Origin: Ignavibacteriales bacterium UBA6490
Lineage (GTDB): Bacteria; Bacteroidota; Ignavibacteria; Ignavibacteriales; Ignavibacteriaceae
Reading direction: 5' to 3'
DNA length: 46,372 nucleotides
Assembly (NCBI GenBank): GCA_002435365.1
Contig: DJMM01000008.1
Location: 1 to 46,372 of the forward strand
Shown: in pieces, positions 34,511-42,863 of the stretch
Position numbering within the stretch: position 1 is the first letter of the stretch
Layout: each line of letters begins with the position of its first letter
Program-made: the position numbers and the translations under genes
Notes under the pieces: model-generated
Databases searched by the model: none
Told to the model about the DNA's origin: nothing
Seen by the model: the letters and a program-made list of their open reading frames with translations, nothing else

Positions 34511-35770
34511 ATGATCGACATTCCGGGAAAAAGGACCGAACGCGCCATTCTTATTGCATTAAATACCGGGGATACTACCAGGGAAATTACTGAAGAACAT
34601 CTTTCCGAGCTTGAAGAACTTGCTTTTACGGCAGGCGCCGAAACAATAATGAAAGTTATCCAGGACCGTGCTACAGCCGATCCCGCTTTTTATGTGGGCA
34701 GGGGAAAAGCTGAGGAACTTAAATTCTTTGCTGAACAGAACGAAATAGAAATACTTATATTTGATGATGAACTTTCCCCCACTCAGCTGAGGAACCTTGA
34801 AAATCTTATTAAAAGAAAAATAGTGGACAGGACAGGATTAATTCTTGATATCTTCGCACAGCGTGCCAGAACAAAGGAATCAAAAACCCAGGTTGAGCTT
34901 GCGCAGCTGCAGTATCTTTTGCCGAGATTAACCAGGGCATGGACACATCTTTCAAAGCAGTACGGAGGCATTCGAACCAAGGGTCCCGGTGAAACACAGA
35001 TTGAATCCGACCGCCGTTTAATCAGGAACAGGATAAGTCACCTTAAAGAAAAATTGAAAAAAATTGAATCACAGAGGGAAACCCAGGGAAAGAAAAGGGA
35101 AAATTTTCTCAGGATTTCCCTGGCGGGATATACCAATGCCGGAAAATCCACGCTCTTCAATACACTTACAAGCTCCGAAGTATTCGCTGAAGACAAGCTT
35201 TTTGCGACACTCGATTCCACCACCCGTCTGCTTAACCTGAATGATGCAGGAATGCTTCTCAGCGATACCGTGGGATTTATAAGAAAACTGCCGGCAAATC
35301 TTGTAGCTTCCTTTAAGAGCACTCTTAACGAAGTGCGCTTTGCGGATCTTATAATTCATGTTATTGATGTTACACATCCTTATTTTGAGGATCATATTCA
35401 GGTGGTGAACGATACACTGAATGATCTTGGCTGCAGCGACAAATATGAAATTAAGGTCTTCAATAAAATAGATATACTGAAAAACCGGAACCTGCTTAAT
35501 TACATTTCAAACAAGTACAAAGGAAGCATCCCCCTCTCTGCTGCGCGGGGAATAAATATTAACAGGCTCAAAGAGAGGATCATTCAATACTGGAGTGATT
35601 CTTTTATAGAGGAACAGATTGATCTTGAACTCTCTGATTCCAAAAAGGCAGCAATGATCCATTCACTGGCGGACGTAATATCCACAAAATATGATGATGA
35701 TTTTATACATATCATATACAGGGCGAGCAAAGGGAATGCAGAAAAAATAAAAAGGATGATAAACGGCTGA
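34511..35770 (+). CDS. hflX: GTPase HflX
   Basis: HflX N-terminal domain (ELEELAFTAGAE...GRGKAEEL...IFDDELSPTQLRNLE). G1 is GYTNAGKSTLFNTLT, G3 is DTVGFI and G4 is NKID. Confidence 0.93.
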   Translation: MIDIPGKRTERAILIALNTGDTTREITEEHLSELEELAFTAGAETIMKVIQDRATADPAFYVGRGKAEELKFFAEQNEIEILIFDDELSPTQLRNLENLIKRKIVDRTGLILDIFAQRARTKESKTQVELAQLQYLLPRLTRAWTHLSKQYGGIRTKGPGETQIESDRRLIRNRISHLKEKLKKIESQRETQGKKRENFLRISLAGYTNAGKSTLFNTLTSSEVFAEDKLFATLDSTTRLLNLNDAGMLLSDTVGFIRKLPANLVASFKSTLNEVRFADLIIHVIDVTHPYFEDHIQVVNDTLNDLGCSDKYEIKVFNKIDILKNRNLLNYISNKYKGSIPLSAARGININRLKERIIQYWSDSFIEEQIDLELSDSKKAAMIHSLADVISTKYDDDFIHIIYRASKGNAEKIKRMING

Positions 35771-35843
35771 AATCTGCTGTGACCCTGGTGATGTCCCTTG
35801 TTTATAGATTGAAATTTCTTACCTTCGTCAATATATTTTTAGT

Positions 35844-36506
35844 ATGAAAATGAAATTAACATGTCTGGCGGTGGCTGTTTGTCTTTGTAGTAATTTATTT
35901 GCCCAGGAGGCAGGTGCTTTCCAAATTGCCCGGTTAAAATACAACGGCGGGGGGGACTGGTATAACGATCCGTCCGCGGAAATAAACCTGTTAAAATTTG
36001 TTGGTGCAAATACAAATATTAAAGTAAGCCCGGAATATAAATTTGTGGATCTTTCTACTGATGAAATATTCTCATATCCTTTTTTATTTATGACCGGTCA
36101 TGGGAATGTTGTTTTTTCAGGTTCGGAAGCGCAGCGTCTGAGGAAATATCTTGAGAACGGGGGATTCCTTTTTATCGACGACGATTATGGGCTTGACAAA
36201 GCATTAAGAAAAGAGATGAAAAAAGTTTTCCCGGAACGTGATTTTATGGAGCTTCCCTTCACTTACGGTATTTATAATATTTTATATGATTTCAGGAACG
36301 GACCGCCGAAAACACACCGGCATGATGAAAAACCGCCCCAGGGTTTTGGAATTTTTATCGGTGATAAGCTGGCGGTATATTATACATTTGAATCTAATCC
36401 AAGTGACGGATGGGCTGATCCGGAGGTGCATAATGATCCTCCTGCCAAAAGGGAGGAGGCATTGAAATTCGGAACAAACATTGTGGTATGGGCATTATCT
36501 GAATGA
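35844..36506 (+). CDS. DUF4159-domain exported protein
   Basis: Signal peptide, then ARLKYNGGGDWYNDPSAEINLL...PFLFMTGHGNVVFSGSEAQRLRKYLENGGFLFIDDDYG, which is the pattern I associate with DUF4159. Confidence 0.75.
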   Translation: MKMKLTCLAVAVCLCSNLFAQEAGAFQIARLKYNGGGDWYNDPSAEINLLKFVGANTNIKVSPEYKFVDLSTDEIFSYPFLFMTGHGNVVFSGSEAQRLRKYLENGGFLFIDDDYGLDKALRKEMKKVFPERDFMELPFTYGIYNILYDFRNGPPKTHRHDEKPPQGFGIFIGDKLAVYYTFESNPSDGWADPEVHNDPPAKREEALKFGTNIVVWALSE

Positions 36507-39500
36507 GTGAATCGGTTTTATATAAGGAAATTATTAAAAAGCTTGAACGCAAAACCAAACGCGGGCAGGTTTTTATGGCTTATAAAGGAGCACTTATAAC
36601 AGTTTTGTTATGCAGCTCCGTTTTCTTTGTTATTACGCTTGCCGAATCTCTGTTTCATTTCAGTTCCGGGGTAAGAACCGTACTTTTTTTCCTTTTTGTT
36701 CTTTCAGTAGTGGGATCTGCAGCATACCTTGTTGCAGTTCCGCTGCTTAAGTATTTCAGATTTTTCAGACGGACCGATTATTTCAGTGAGGCTGCAGAAG
36801 TCGGTTCATATTTTCCATCATTAAAGGATGAGCTTTTAAATGCCATGCAGCTGGTTTCCGGATCATACGGCTCCGGTTATTCTTCTGAATTAATTGATGC
36901 GGCTTTCCGGAGAATATATTTTAAATCTGAGGAACTGCGGTTTGAGGAAGTAATTGACTTCAGAAAAGTGAAGTCGATGATATTATATGCTGCCGGTGTG
37001 TTACTGCTGATGCTGATGCTTATAGTTTTAGTACCCGGTTTAGCGTCTGCTTCCTCCAGGCTTTATAACTTCAGTCAGGATTTTATTCCGCCCCCTGAAT
37101 TTGTGCTTAATGTATTTCCCGGTGATGCGCAAGCTTCAAAGGGCGATAATATTACGGTTAAAATAACAGCATCGGGAATTATTCCGAAAGAGGTATATGC
37201 TGCAGTAAAATCGGAGGCGCAGACAGATTTTAAACCGGAACGCCTGACAGCCGATTCTTCAGGAGTATTTGAATACACTATAAATTCCATCAGAAGTTCG
37301 GTTGATTATTATGCATATTCCGGTGATATAAGCAGCAGGATATACCGCATAGAGGTTTCGGATAAACCGCTGATAAAAAATCTTGAAATAACAGTAACTC
37401 CCCCTGCATATACTGGTCTTCCTGAAATCACACAAACAGACAATGGAAATATCTCTGCGATTATGGGCAGCCGGGCTTACATCAGGATAAGTTCAAATAA
37501 AGAGCTGCGGAAAGCGGAACTCAGTTTCGGTGACTCAGTTGTAAAAAATCTTGAGGTGCGTTATTCGTCAGCTTCCGGAAGATTTATACTTAATAATGAG
37601 ACGGAATACAGGATTCATCTTGCCGATGCTGCAGGTAGTCCGAATGAATCGCCCGTAACATATAAGATAACCCTGCTGGAGGATGAATATCCGCAGATTG
37701 AATTTACGGAACCGGGTGCTGATGTTGATCTTGCTAACGATAATCGTCTGCCGCTGGGAATCAAAATATCTGACGACTTCGGATTTTCGAGGCTGCTGGT
37801 TAGATACAGACTTTCGGAATCCCGTTACGAAAAACCGCATAAGGATTATTCGGTTTTTGAACTTGCAATTCCGGAGAGACAAAAGGAGGCCGAAATCTCA
37901 TATATATGGAATCTGTCATCCTTAAATCTGGCCACGGACGATGTTGTCTCTTATTATGCTGAGGTGTCTGATAACGACAGGGTGTCGGGGCCTAAATCGT
38001 CACGGTCTCCTGAATTTAAAATAAGAATTCCATCTCTTGATGAAATTCTGGTACAGGCAGACCAAAAGCACAGCCAGGTTGCGAACGATCTTGAAAAGAC
38101 TCTAAAAGAGGCGGAGGAACTGAAAAAGACCCTCGATAAAATCAGCAATGATCTGAAGCAGGATAAAAAGGAACTCAGCTGGGAGGAAAAAGAAAAGATC
38201 GAGAATGCTCTCGATAAATTTGAACAGCTTCAGGATAAGCTGCAGAAATCAGCAGAGGATATGAACGAGTTACGGAAAGATCTGCAGAAGAATAATCTGT
38301 TGTCAAAAGAGACGCTTGAGAAATATATGGAGCTTCAGAAACTATTTGAAGAATTATCCGGCGATGAATTTAAGAAAGCAATGGATCAGCTGAGAAATCT
38401 GCTCGAAAAGATGGACAGAAAATCAGCCATGGATTCTTTTGAAAATCTTAAAGTCAATGAAGAGAATTTAAGAAAGGGCATCGAACGTACCATTAATCTG
38501 CTAAAGAGGGTAAGAATTGAACAGAAAGTAGAAGAGCTTGTTAAAAGGTCCGGGGAAGTTGATAAAAATCTTGAAGATATTATGAAGGAAAGTAATCCTT
38601 CACAGAACTCTCTCCGGAAGCAGGAGAATATGACAGCAGAAATGAAAAACATTGAAAAGGAGATGGAAAAGCTTCTGGATGAGATGGAAGGTCTGGATGA
38701 TATGCCGAAGGATGAGATGGAAAAAATTTCTGAGGAATTTAATAAGCAGGAGAATGAGAAGCTCAGCAGTGAGGCATTAGAAAATCTAAAACAGAATCTT
38801 ATGCAACAGGCCCGGCAGAAACAGTCGCAGTTATCAAAGAACATGAAAAATTTTGCTGAGGAAATGCAGCAGCTTCAGCAGCAGCTTCAGCAGCAGAGCC
38901 AGATGCAGGTTTTTTCCGATATGATGAGAATTCTTGAAAACCTTATTACACTTTCCAAGAAGCAGGAAGAGCTGATAAAGGAAAGTATGAATTTTAACGA
39001 TTCGCCGTCGAGCCGGAATGCCGAAAAACAGACAAACCTGCAGAGAAATCTAGATAACCTTATCAGGCAGCTCGGCGAATTATCCCAGAAAACCTTTGCC
39101 GTTACACCGGAGATGGGGAAAGCATTAGGAGATGCTAAGAGGGAAATGACTAAATCCACTCAGGCAATTCAATCAAAAAACGGCAGCCTGGCAGCAAATT
39201 CCCAGCAGGATGCCATGAAATCCCTAAATGAAGCAGCATCATCAATGCAGAGTTCTATGGAAGCAATGATGCAGGCCGGTGGAGGGGGTGGAATGTCCTT
39301 AATGCAGCAGCTTGGACAGATGGCACAGCAGCAGATGGGATTAAATAATCTGACGCAGAAAATGATGCAGGGGAACCAGGGACAATTATCTCTTTCTGAG
39401 CAGGCGGAACTGAGGAGAATCCAGGAGCAGCAGGAACTTATAAAAAAATCTCTTGAAGAACTTAACCGCGAAGCAAAACTTTCAGGTGAGTCTAAAAAGA

Positions 39501-39862
39501 TACCCTCAAATCTTGAGAATATTGTGAAACAGATGGAAGAAGTAATCTCTGATATGGATACCGGGCAGCTGGACGACAACCTGGTACAGAAACAGGAAAG
39601 AATATTATCAAGGCTGCTGGACGCGCAAAGGTCGTTGAATGAACGTGATTTTGAAAAGCAGAGGGAATCATTCAGCGGAGAAAACGTGGTAAGGAAATCA
39701 CCCTCCGGTCTGAACTATGGAGACCGTCAGGAGGAAAAACTGAAAGACGAATTGAACAGATCTTTTGATGAAGGATACAAAAAAGATTATGAAAGCCTGA
39801 TAAGAAGCTATTTTGAGGAATTAAGGAAAGAAAACAACCGGCAAAAGCCCCCAACTGATTGA
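36503..39862 (+). CDS. Large membrane-anchored coiled-coil protein (DUF4175-like)
   Basis: N-terminal TM segments, a central beta-rich region, then about 550 aa of E/K/Q-rich coiled coil with QQLQQQLQQQ and a GGGGG tract. 1119 aa. Its ATG overlaps the DUF4159 TGA (ATGA at 36503-36506). Confidence 0.7.
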   Translation: MSESVLYKEIIKKLERKTKRGQVFMAYKGALITVLLCSSVFFVITLAESLFHFSSGVRTVLFFLFVLSVVGSAAYLVAVPLLKYFRFFRRTDYFSEAAEVGSYFPSLKDELLNAMQLVSGSYGSGYSSELIDAAFRRIYFKSEELRFEEVIDFRKVKSMILYAAGVLLLMLMLIVLVPGLASASSRLYNFSQDFIPPPEFVLNVFPGDAQASKGDNITVKITASGIIPKEVYAAVKSEAQTDFKPERLTADSSGVFEYTINSIRSSVDYYAYSGDISSRIYRIEVSDKPLIKNLEITVTPPAYTGLPEITQTDNGNISAIMGSRAYIRISSNKELRKAELSFGDSVVKNLEVRYSSASGRFILNNETEYRIHLADAAGSPNESPVTYKITLLEDEYPQIEFTEPGADVDLANDNRLPLGIKISDDFGFSRLLVRYRLSESRYEKPHKDYSVFELAIPERQKEAEISYIWNLSSLNLATDDVVSYYAEVSDNDRVSGPKSSRSPEFKIRIPSLDEILVQADQKHSQVANDLEKTLKEAEELKKTLDKISNDLKQDKKELSWEEKEKIENALDKFEQLQDKLQKSAEDMNELRKDLQKNNLLSKETLEKYMELQKLFEELSGDEFKKAMDQLRNLLEKMDRKSAMDSFENLKVNEENLRKGIERTINLLKRVRIEQKVEELVKRSGEVDKNLEDIMKESNPSQNSLRKQENMTAEMKNIEKEMEKLLDEMEGLDDMPKDEMEKISEEFNKQENEKLSSEALENLKQNLMQQARQKQSQLSKNMKNFAEEMQQLQQQLQQQSQMQVFSDMMRILENLITLSKKQEELIKESMNFNDSPSSRNAEKQTNLQRNLDNLIRQLGELSQKTFAVTPEMGKALGDAKREMTKSTQAIQSKNGSLAANSQQDAMKSLNEAASSMQSSMEAMMQAGGGGGMSLMQQLGQMAQQQMGLNNLTQKMMQGNQGQLSLSEQAELRRIQEQQELIKKSLEELNREAKLSGESKKIPSNLENIVKQMEEVISDMDTGQLDDNLVQKQERILSRLLDAQRSLNERDFEKQRESFSGENVVRKSPSGLNYGDRQEEKLKDELNRSFDEGYKKDYESLIRSYFEELRKENNRQKPPTD

Positions 39863-39887
39863 TTTAGTAAAATAAACTAAATATTTT
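39862..39887 (+). terminator. Weak AT-rich hairpin plus T-run after the coiled-coil gene
   Basis: ATTTAGT (39862-39868), loop AAAATAA, ACTAAAT (39876-39882), then ATTTT. Confidence 0.3.
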
Positions 39888-39915
39888 CCACAAACAAATA
39901 TCTTTCGTTTATCTA

Positions 39916-41112
39916 TTGAACAGCAACAATCAAAAACAACTTGATATAACACTGTCTGAAATTGATGCACTTCTGGATCTTTCAGATGATCTTATATTTT
40001 TTCTTGATCCGGAGGGCAGGTTCATAAAGCTCAATAAACTTGGTGCATTGAATCTTGATTACGACTCTTCCGATTTGACCGGTCAGCATTTTTTTTCACT
40101 GCTGGATGAGATTCATTACGATAAGACGGTAAAACTTTTCAGCGAATTGATTTCAGGTGAAGACTGGCTCAGGTTTGATGCGGTTTTAAAATCAAGGCTG
40201 GGCAACAAATACTCTTATAATATAACCATTAAGAAATTTTCAGATGGAAATCAGGTTACAGGCATAGGGGGGATTGCAAGGAATATATCATTAAAGATAA
40301 GGAACGAATCCAAGATATCAGAGCTCGAATCCCGTTTAATAGAAGCTGCCAGGATGATTTCCATTGAGAGGGCCAGGTGGAAACAGGATAAATCTGTTCT
40401 GGAAGAACTGAACAAGCTGAAAAACGAATTTATTTCAAATATCTCACATGAGCTGCGCACACCGCTGGCATCAATTATTGGATTTTCTGAAACAATAATG
40501 TCTGATCCTGAAATGTCACCGGAGATGAGGGATGAATTTAACGGTATTATCTTAACTGAAGGGAAGAGGCTTGCCAGGCTGATTAACGAAATTCTTGAAA
40601 TTTCAAGAATGGAATCCGGTAAAGTAAATCTTGTTAAAACTGATGTTAGTTTACTTTCTATCCTAAATGAAGCAGTTGACCTGAACAGGGATTATTTCAG
40701 CAAGAAGAACCTTAATTTTACATTTGAATATCCTGATGAAGATATTATTATCAGCGGTGACAGGGAAAAACTGGTAAATGTGTTTGATGGTCTACTGAAT
40801 AATGCGGTAAATTTTACACCTGTTAACGGTAGAATTAAGCTTCTGTTGCATAAAATGATAAAGGAAGCAGAGATTATTATCAGTGATACCGGGGCGGGAA
40901 TCCCTGAAAAGGATATTCCACAGATATTTCAGAAGTTTTATACTGCCGGACATGCTGCTACAGTTGTACCTCATTCGGGTTTAGGCTTGGTTTTTGTTAA
41001 ACAAATCATAGATTTGCACAGAGGATTAATCCTTGTTCATAGTGAAATTAATAAAGGGACGACTTTCGTCATTAAATTACCTTATCAAAATAAATCAGAG
41101 GGCAACCTGTGA
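39916..41112 (+). CDS. Cytoplasmic PAS-domain sensor histidine kinase (HisKA + HATPase_c)
   Basis: PAS-like N-terminus, H-box FISNISHELRTPLASIIGF, N-box LLNNAVNFT and G-boxes ISDTGAGIP and GLGLVFVKQI. No TM segments. The TTG start is uncertain. Confidence 0.85.
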   Translation: MNSNNQKQLDITLSEIDALLDLSDDLIFFLDPEGRFIKLNKLGALNLDYDSSDLTGQHFFSLLDEIHYDKTVKLFSELISGEDWLRFDAVLKSRLGNKYSYNITIKKFSDGNQVTGIGGIARNISLKIRNESKISELESRLIEAARMISIERARWKQDKSVLEELNKLKNEFISNISHELRTPLASIIGFSETIMSDPEMSPEMRDEFNGIILTEGKRLARLINEILEISRMESGKVNLVKTDVSLLSILNEAVDLNRDYFSKKNLNFTFEYPDEDIIISGDREKLVNVFDGLLNNAVNFTPVNGRIKLLLHKMIKEAEIIISDTGAGIPEKDIPQIFQKFYTAGHAATVVPHSGLGLVFVKQIIDLHRGLILVHSEINKGTTFVIKLPYQNKSEGNL

Positions 41113-42491
41113 GTAAACTAGTTTACATTATAGATGATGAACCTTCTATCGCAAAACTTCTCTCTTACTGGCTGAAAGAGAAGTGGAAATATGAAGTGGA
41201 AATATTCAGCAGCGGTGAAGATGTTATCAAAAAGCTTACATTAAATCCGGATCTGATCCTGCTTGACATAATGCTTCCGGGGATGGATGGTATTGAGACT
41301 CTTAAAAGGATTAAAGCATACGATCCGGAGCTTCCTGTGATAATGCTCTCGGCACAGGGAAGTATCGATGTAGCGGTTGACTCTCTGAGAATCGGAGCCT
41401 TCGATTATTTCTCCAAACCGATCGATCAGCAGAAACTTGAACCGGCGGTAAAGAATGCCATTAAGACTTATGAGCTTGTTAAAGAATTACAGCATCTTAA
41501 GGAAGAACAGAAGTCCCGTTTCAGCTTTGATAATATCATATCGGCTGACGGTAAAATGCAGGACGTATTTAAGCTTATCAGCAAAGTGCTGAATAACGAA
41601 ATTACAGTTTTGATTCATGGCGAAAGCGGAACCGGCAAGGAACTGGTAGCAAGAGCTATTCACTACAACGGAAGAAGAAAAGAAAAGCCATTTATAGTGG
41701 TTAACTGTGCATCTATACCCCGGGAACTTCTGGAAAGTGAATTATTCGGACATGAGAAGGGTTCATTCACCGGTGCTCATCAAAGGAAGCTGGGTAAATT
41801 TGAACTTGCAAATGAAGGTACACTTTTTCTGGATGAAGTGGGTGAGCTTGAAATGCTGCTCCAGGCAAAACTGTTAAGAGTTATTCAGGAGAAAGCATTT
41901 GAGAGAGTGGGAGGAATCGAACTAATAAAAACTGATGTAAGGATAATATCTGCTACCAACCGCGATTTGCGGGAAGCTGTTGAAAAGAAGGAATTCAGGG
42001 AAGATTTGTACTACAGGCTTAATTCCTTTCCCATTTATATTCCGCCGCTGCGCCAGAGAAAAAGTGATGTACTCGTACTTGCAAACCATTTCCTTCAGTC
42101 ATCAAAGCAGAAATTCAGCAAGGAAATAAAAGGATTTTCTAAAAAAGCGCTGAAACTGATATATGAGTATCACTGGCCTGGAAATGTAAGAGAAATGGAA
42201 AATACAATTGAAAGGTGCGTTATTCTTGCAGAAAAAGAATTTGTGGATATTGAAGATTTTCCCCCACATATTAAATCAACCGGTCATTTTTATGTCCCGG
42301 AAAGTACCGGCAGTCTTTTCGAAGATGATAATGTAGTACCGTTCGAAAAACTGAAGGAGGAAGCCATAAGGCACGCTCTGAAAATATCCGGCGGTAATAT
42401 AGTTGAGGCTGCAAGGAAACTTCAGCTTGGTAGAGCAACCATATACCGGCTGATGGAAAAGTACGGAATTGATAATCCGGTAACCAAATAG
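41109..42491 (+). CDS. Sigma-54-dependent response regulator (NtrC family: REC + AAA+ + Fis-type HTH)
   Basis: The REC domain is DLILLDIMLPGMDG. Walker A is GESGTGKE, the GAFTGA-loop variant is ESELFGHEKGSFTGA, and the C-terminal HTH is GNIVEAARKLQLGRATIYRLMEKYGI. Its GTG start overlaps the kinase TGA (GTGA). Confidence 0.92.
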   Translation: MSKLVYIIDDEPSIAKLLSYWLKEKWKYEVEIFSSGEDVIKKLTLNPDLILLDIMLPGMDGIETLKRIKAYDPELPVIMLSAQGSIDVAVDSLRIGAFDYFSKPIDQQKLEPAVKNAIKTYELVKELQHLKEEQKSRFSFDNIISADGKMQDVFKLISKVLNNEITVLIHGESGTGKELVARAIHYNGRRKEKPFIVVNCASIPRELLESELFGHEKGSFTGAHQRKLGKFELANEGTLFLDEVGELEMLLQAKLLRVIQEKAFERVGGIELIKTDVRIISATNRDLREAVEKKEFREDLYYRLNSFPIYIPPLRQRKSDVLVLANHFLQSSKQKFSKEIKGFSKKALKLIYEYHWPGNVREMENTIERCVILAEKEFVDIEDFPPHIKSTGHFYVPESTGSLFEDDNVVPFEKLKEEAIRHALKISGGNIVEAARKLQLGRATIYRLMEKYGIDNPVTK

Positions 42492-42510
42492 ATAAAAACG
42501 GAGAAATAAA

Positions 42511-42852
42511 ATGGATTTTATTCGCGAAGAACATGGCGATATATTAGTTGAAGTTGTAAACCTTTCCAGGGCCACACTAAAAGAAGCAGAGGAATTTAAA
42601 CGAAGACTGCTTGAAGATATAAACCAGGGATGGAGAAAAATTATTATTGATCTGTCGGACTGTGAGTTTATCGACTCCACTTTTCTTGGTGCACTTGTTG
42701 TTTCTCTAAAAAAAATGACAACCCTCGGAGGAGACCTTCGCCTTATTGGTTTTCAGCCGGCAGTTCATACAATGTTTGAGCTCACCAGGATGTACAGAGT
42801 TTTTGAATCCTTTGAACAGAAGGAAGATGCCCTGGACAGCTTCAGGATGTAG
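42511..42852 (+). CDS. STAS-domain anti-sigma-factor antagonist (SpoIIAA/RsbV-like)
   Basis: 113 aa. IIIDLSDCEFIDSTFLGALV contains the conserved phosphorylatable Ser context (DSxxLG). Confidence 0.85.
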   Translation: MDFIREEHGDILVEVVNLSRATLKEAEEFKRRLLEDINQGWRKIIIDLSDCEFIDSTFLGALVVSLKKMTTLGGDLRLIGFQPAVHTMFELTRMYRVFESFEQKEDALDSFRM

Positions 42853-42863
42853 AACAGGATCTT

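Noticed and set aside
35786-35801. A sigma-54 promoter-like TGGTGATGTCCCTTGT upstream of the DUF4159 gene, a potential target of the NtrC-type activator.
   Set aside because: The GG-to-(G)C spacing is one nucleotide too long and the GC dinucleotide reads GT. A by-eye scan of the other intergenic regions found no TGGCAC-N5-TTGC match either.
38386-39579. Long minus-strand ORFs (152, 90 and 136 aa) antisense to the coiled-coil gene. Similar antisense ORFs occur at 13023..13460, 33419..33826, 29749..30144, 44555..45106, 5869..6270 and 43335..43706.
   Set aside because: They have Ser/Phe/Cys-rich low-complexity translations that mirror the codon bias of the well-supported genes on the opposite strand, and they lack start-site signals. 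They are shadow ORFs.
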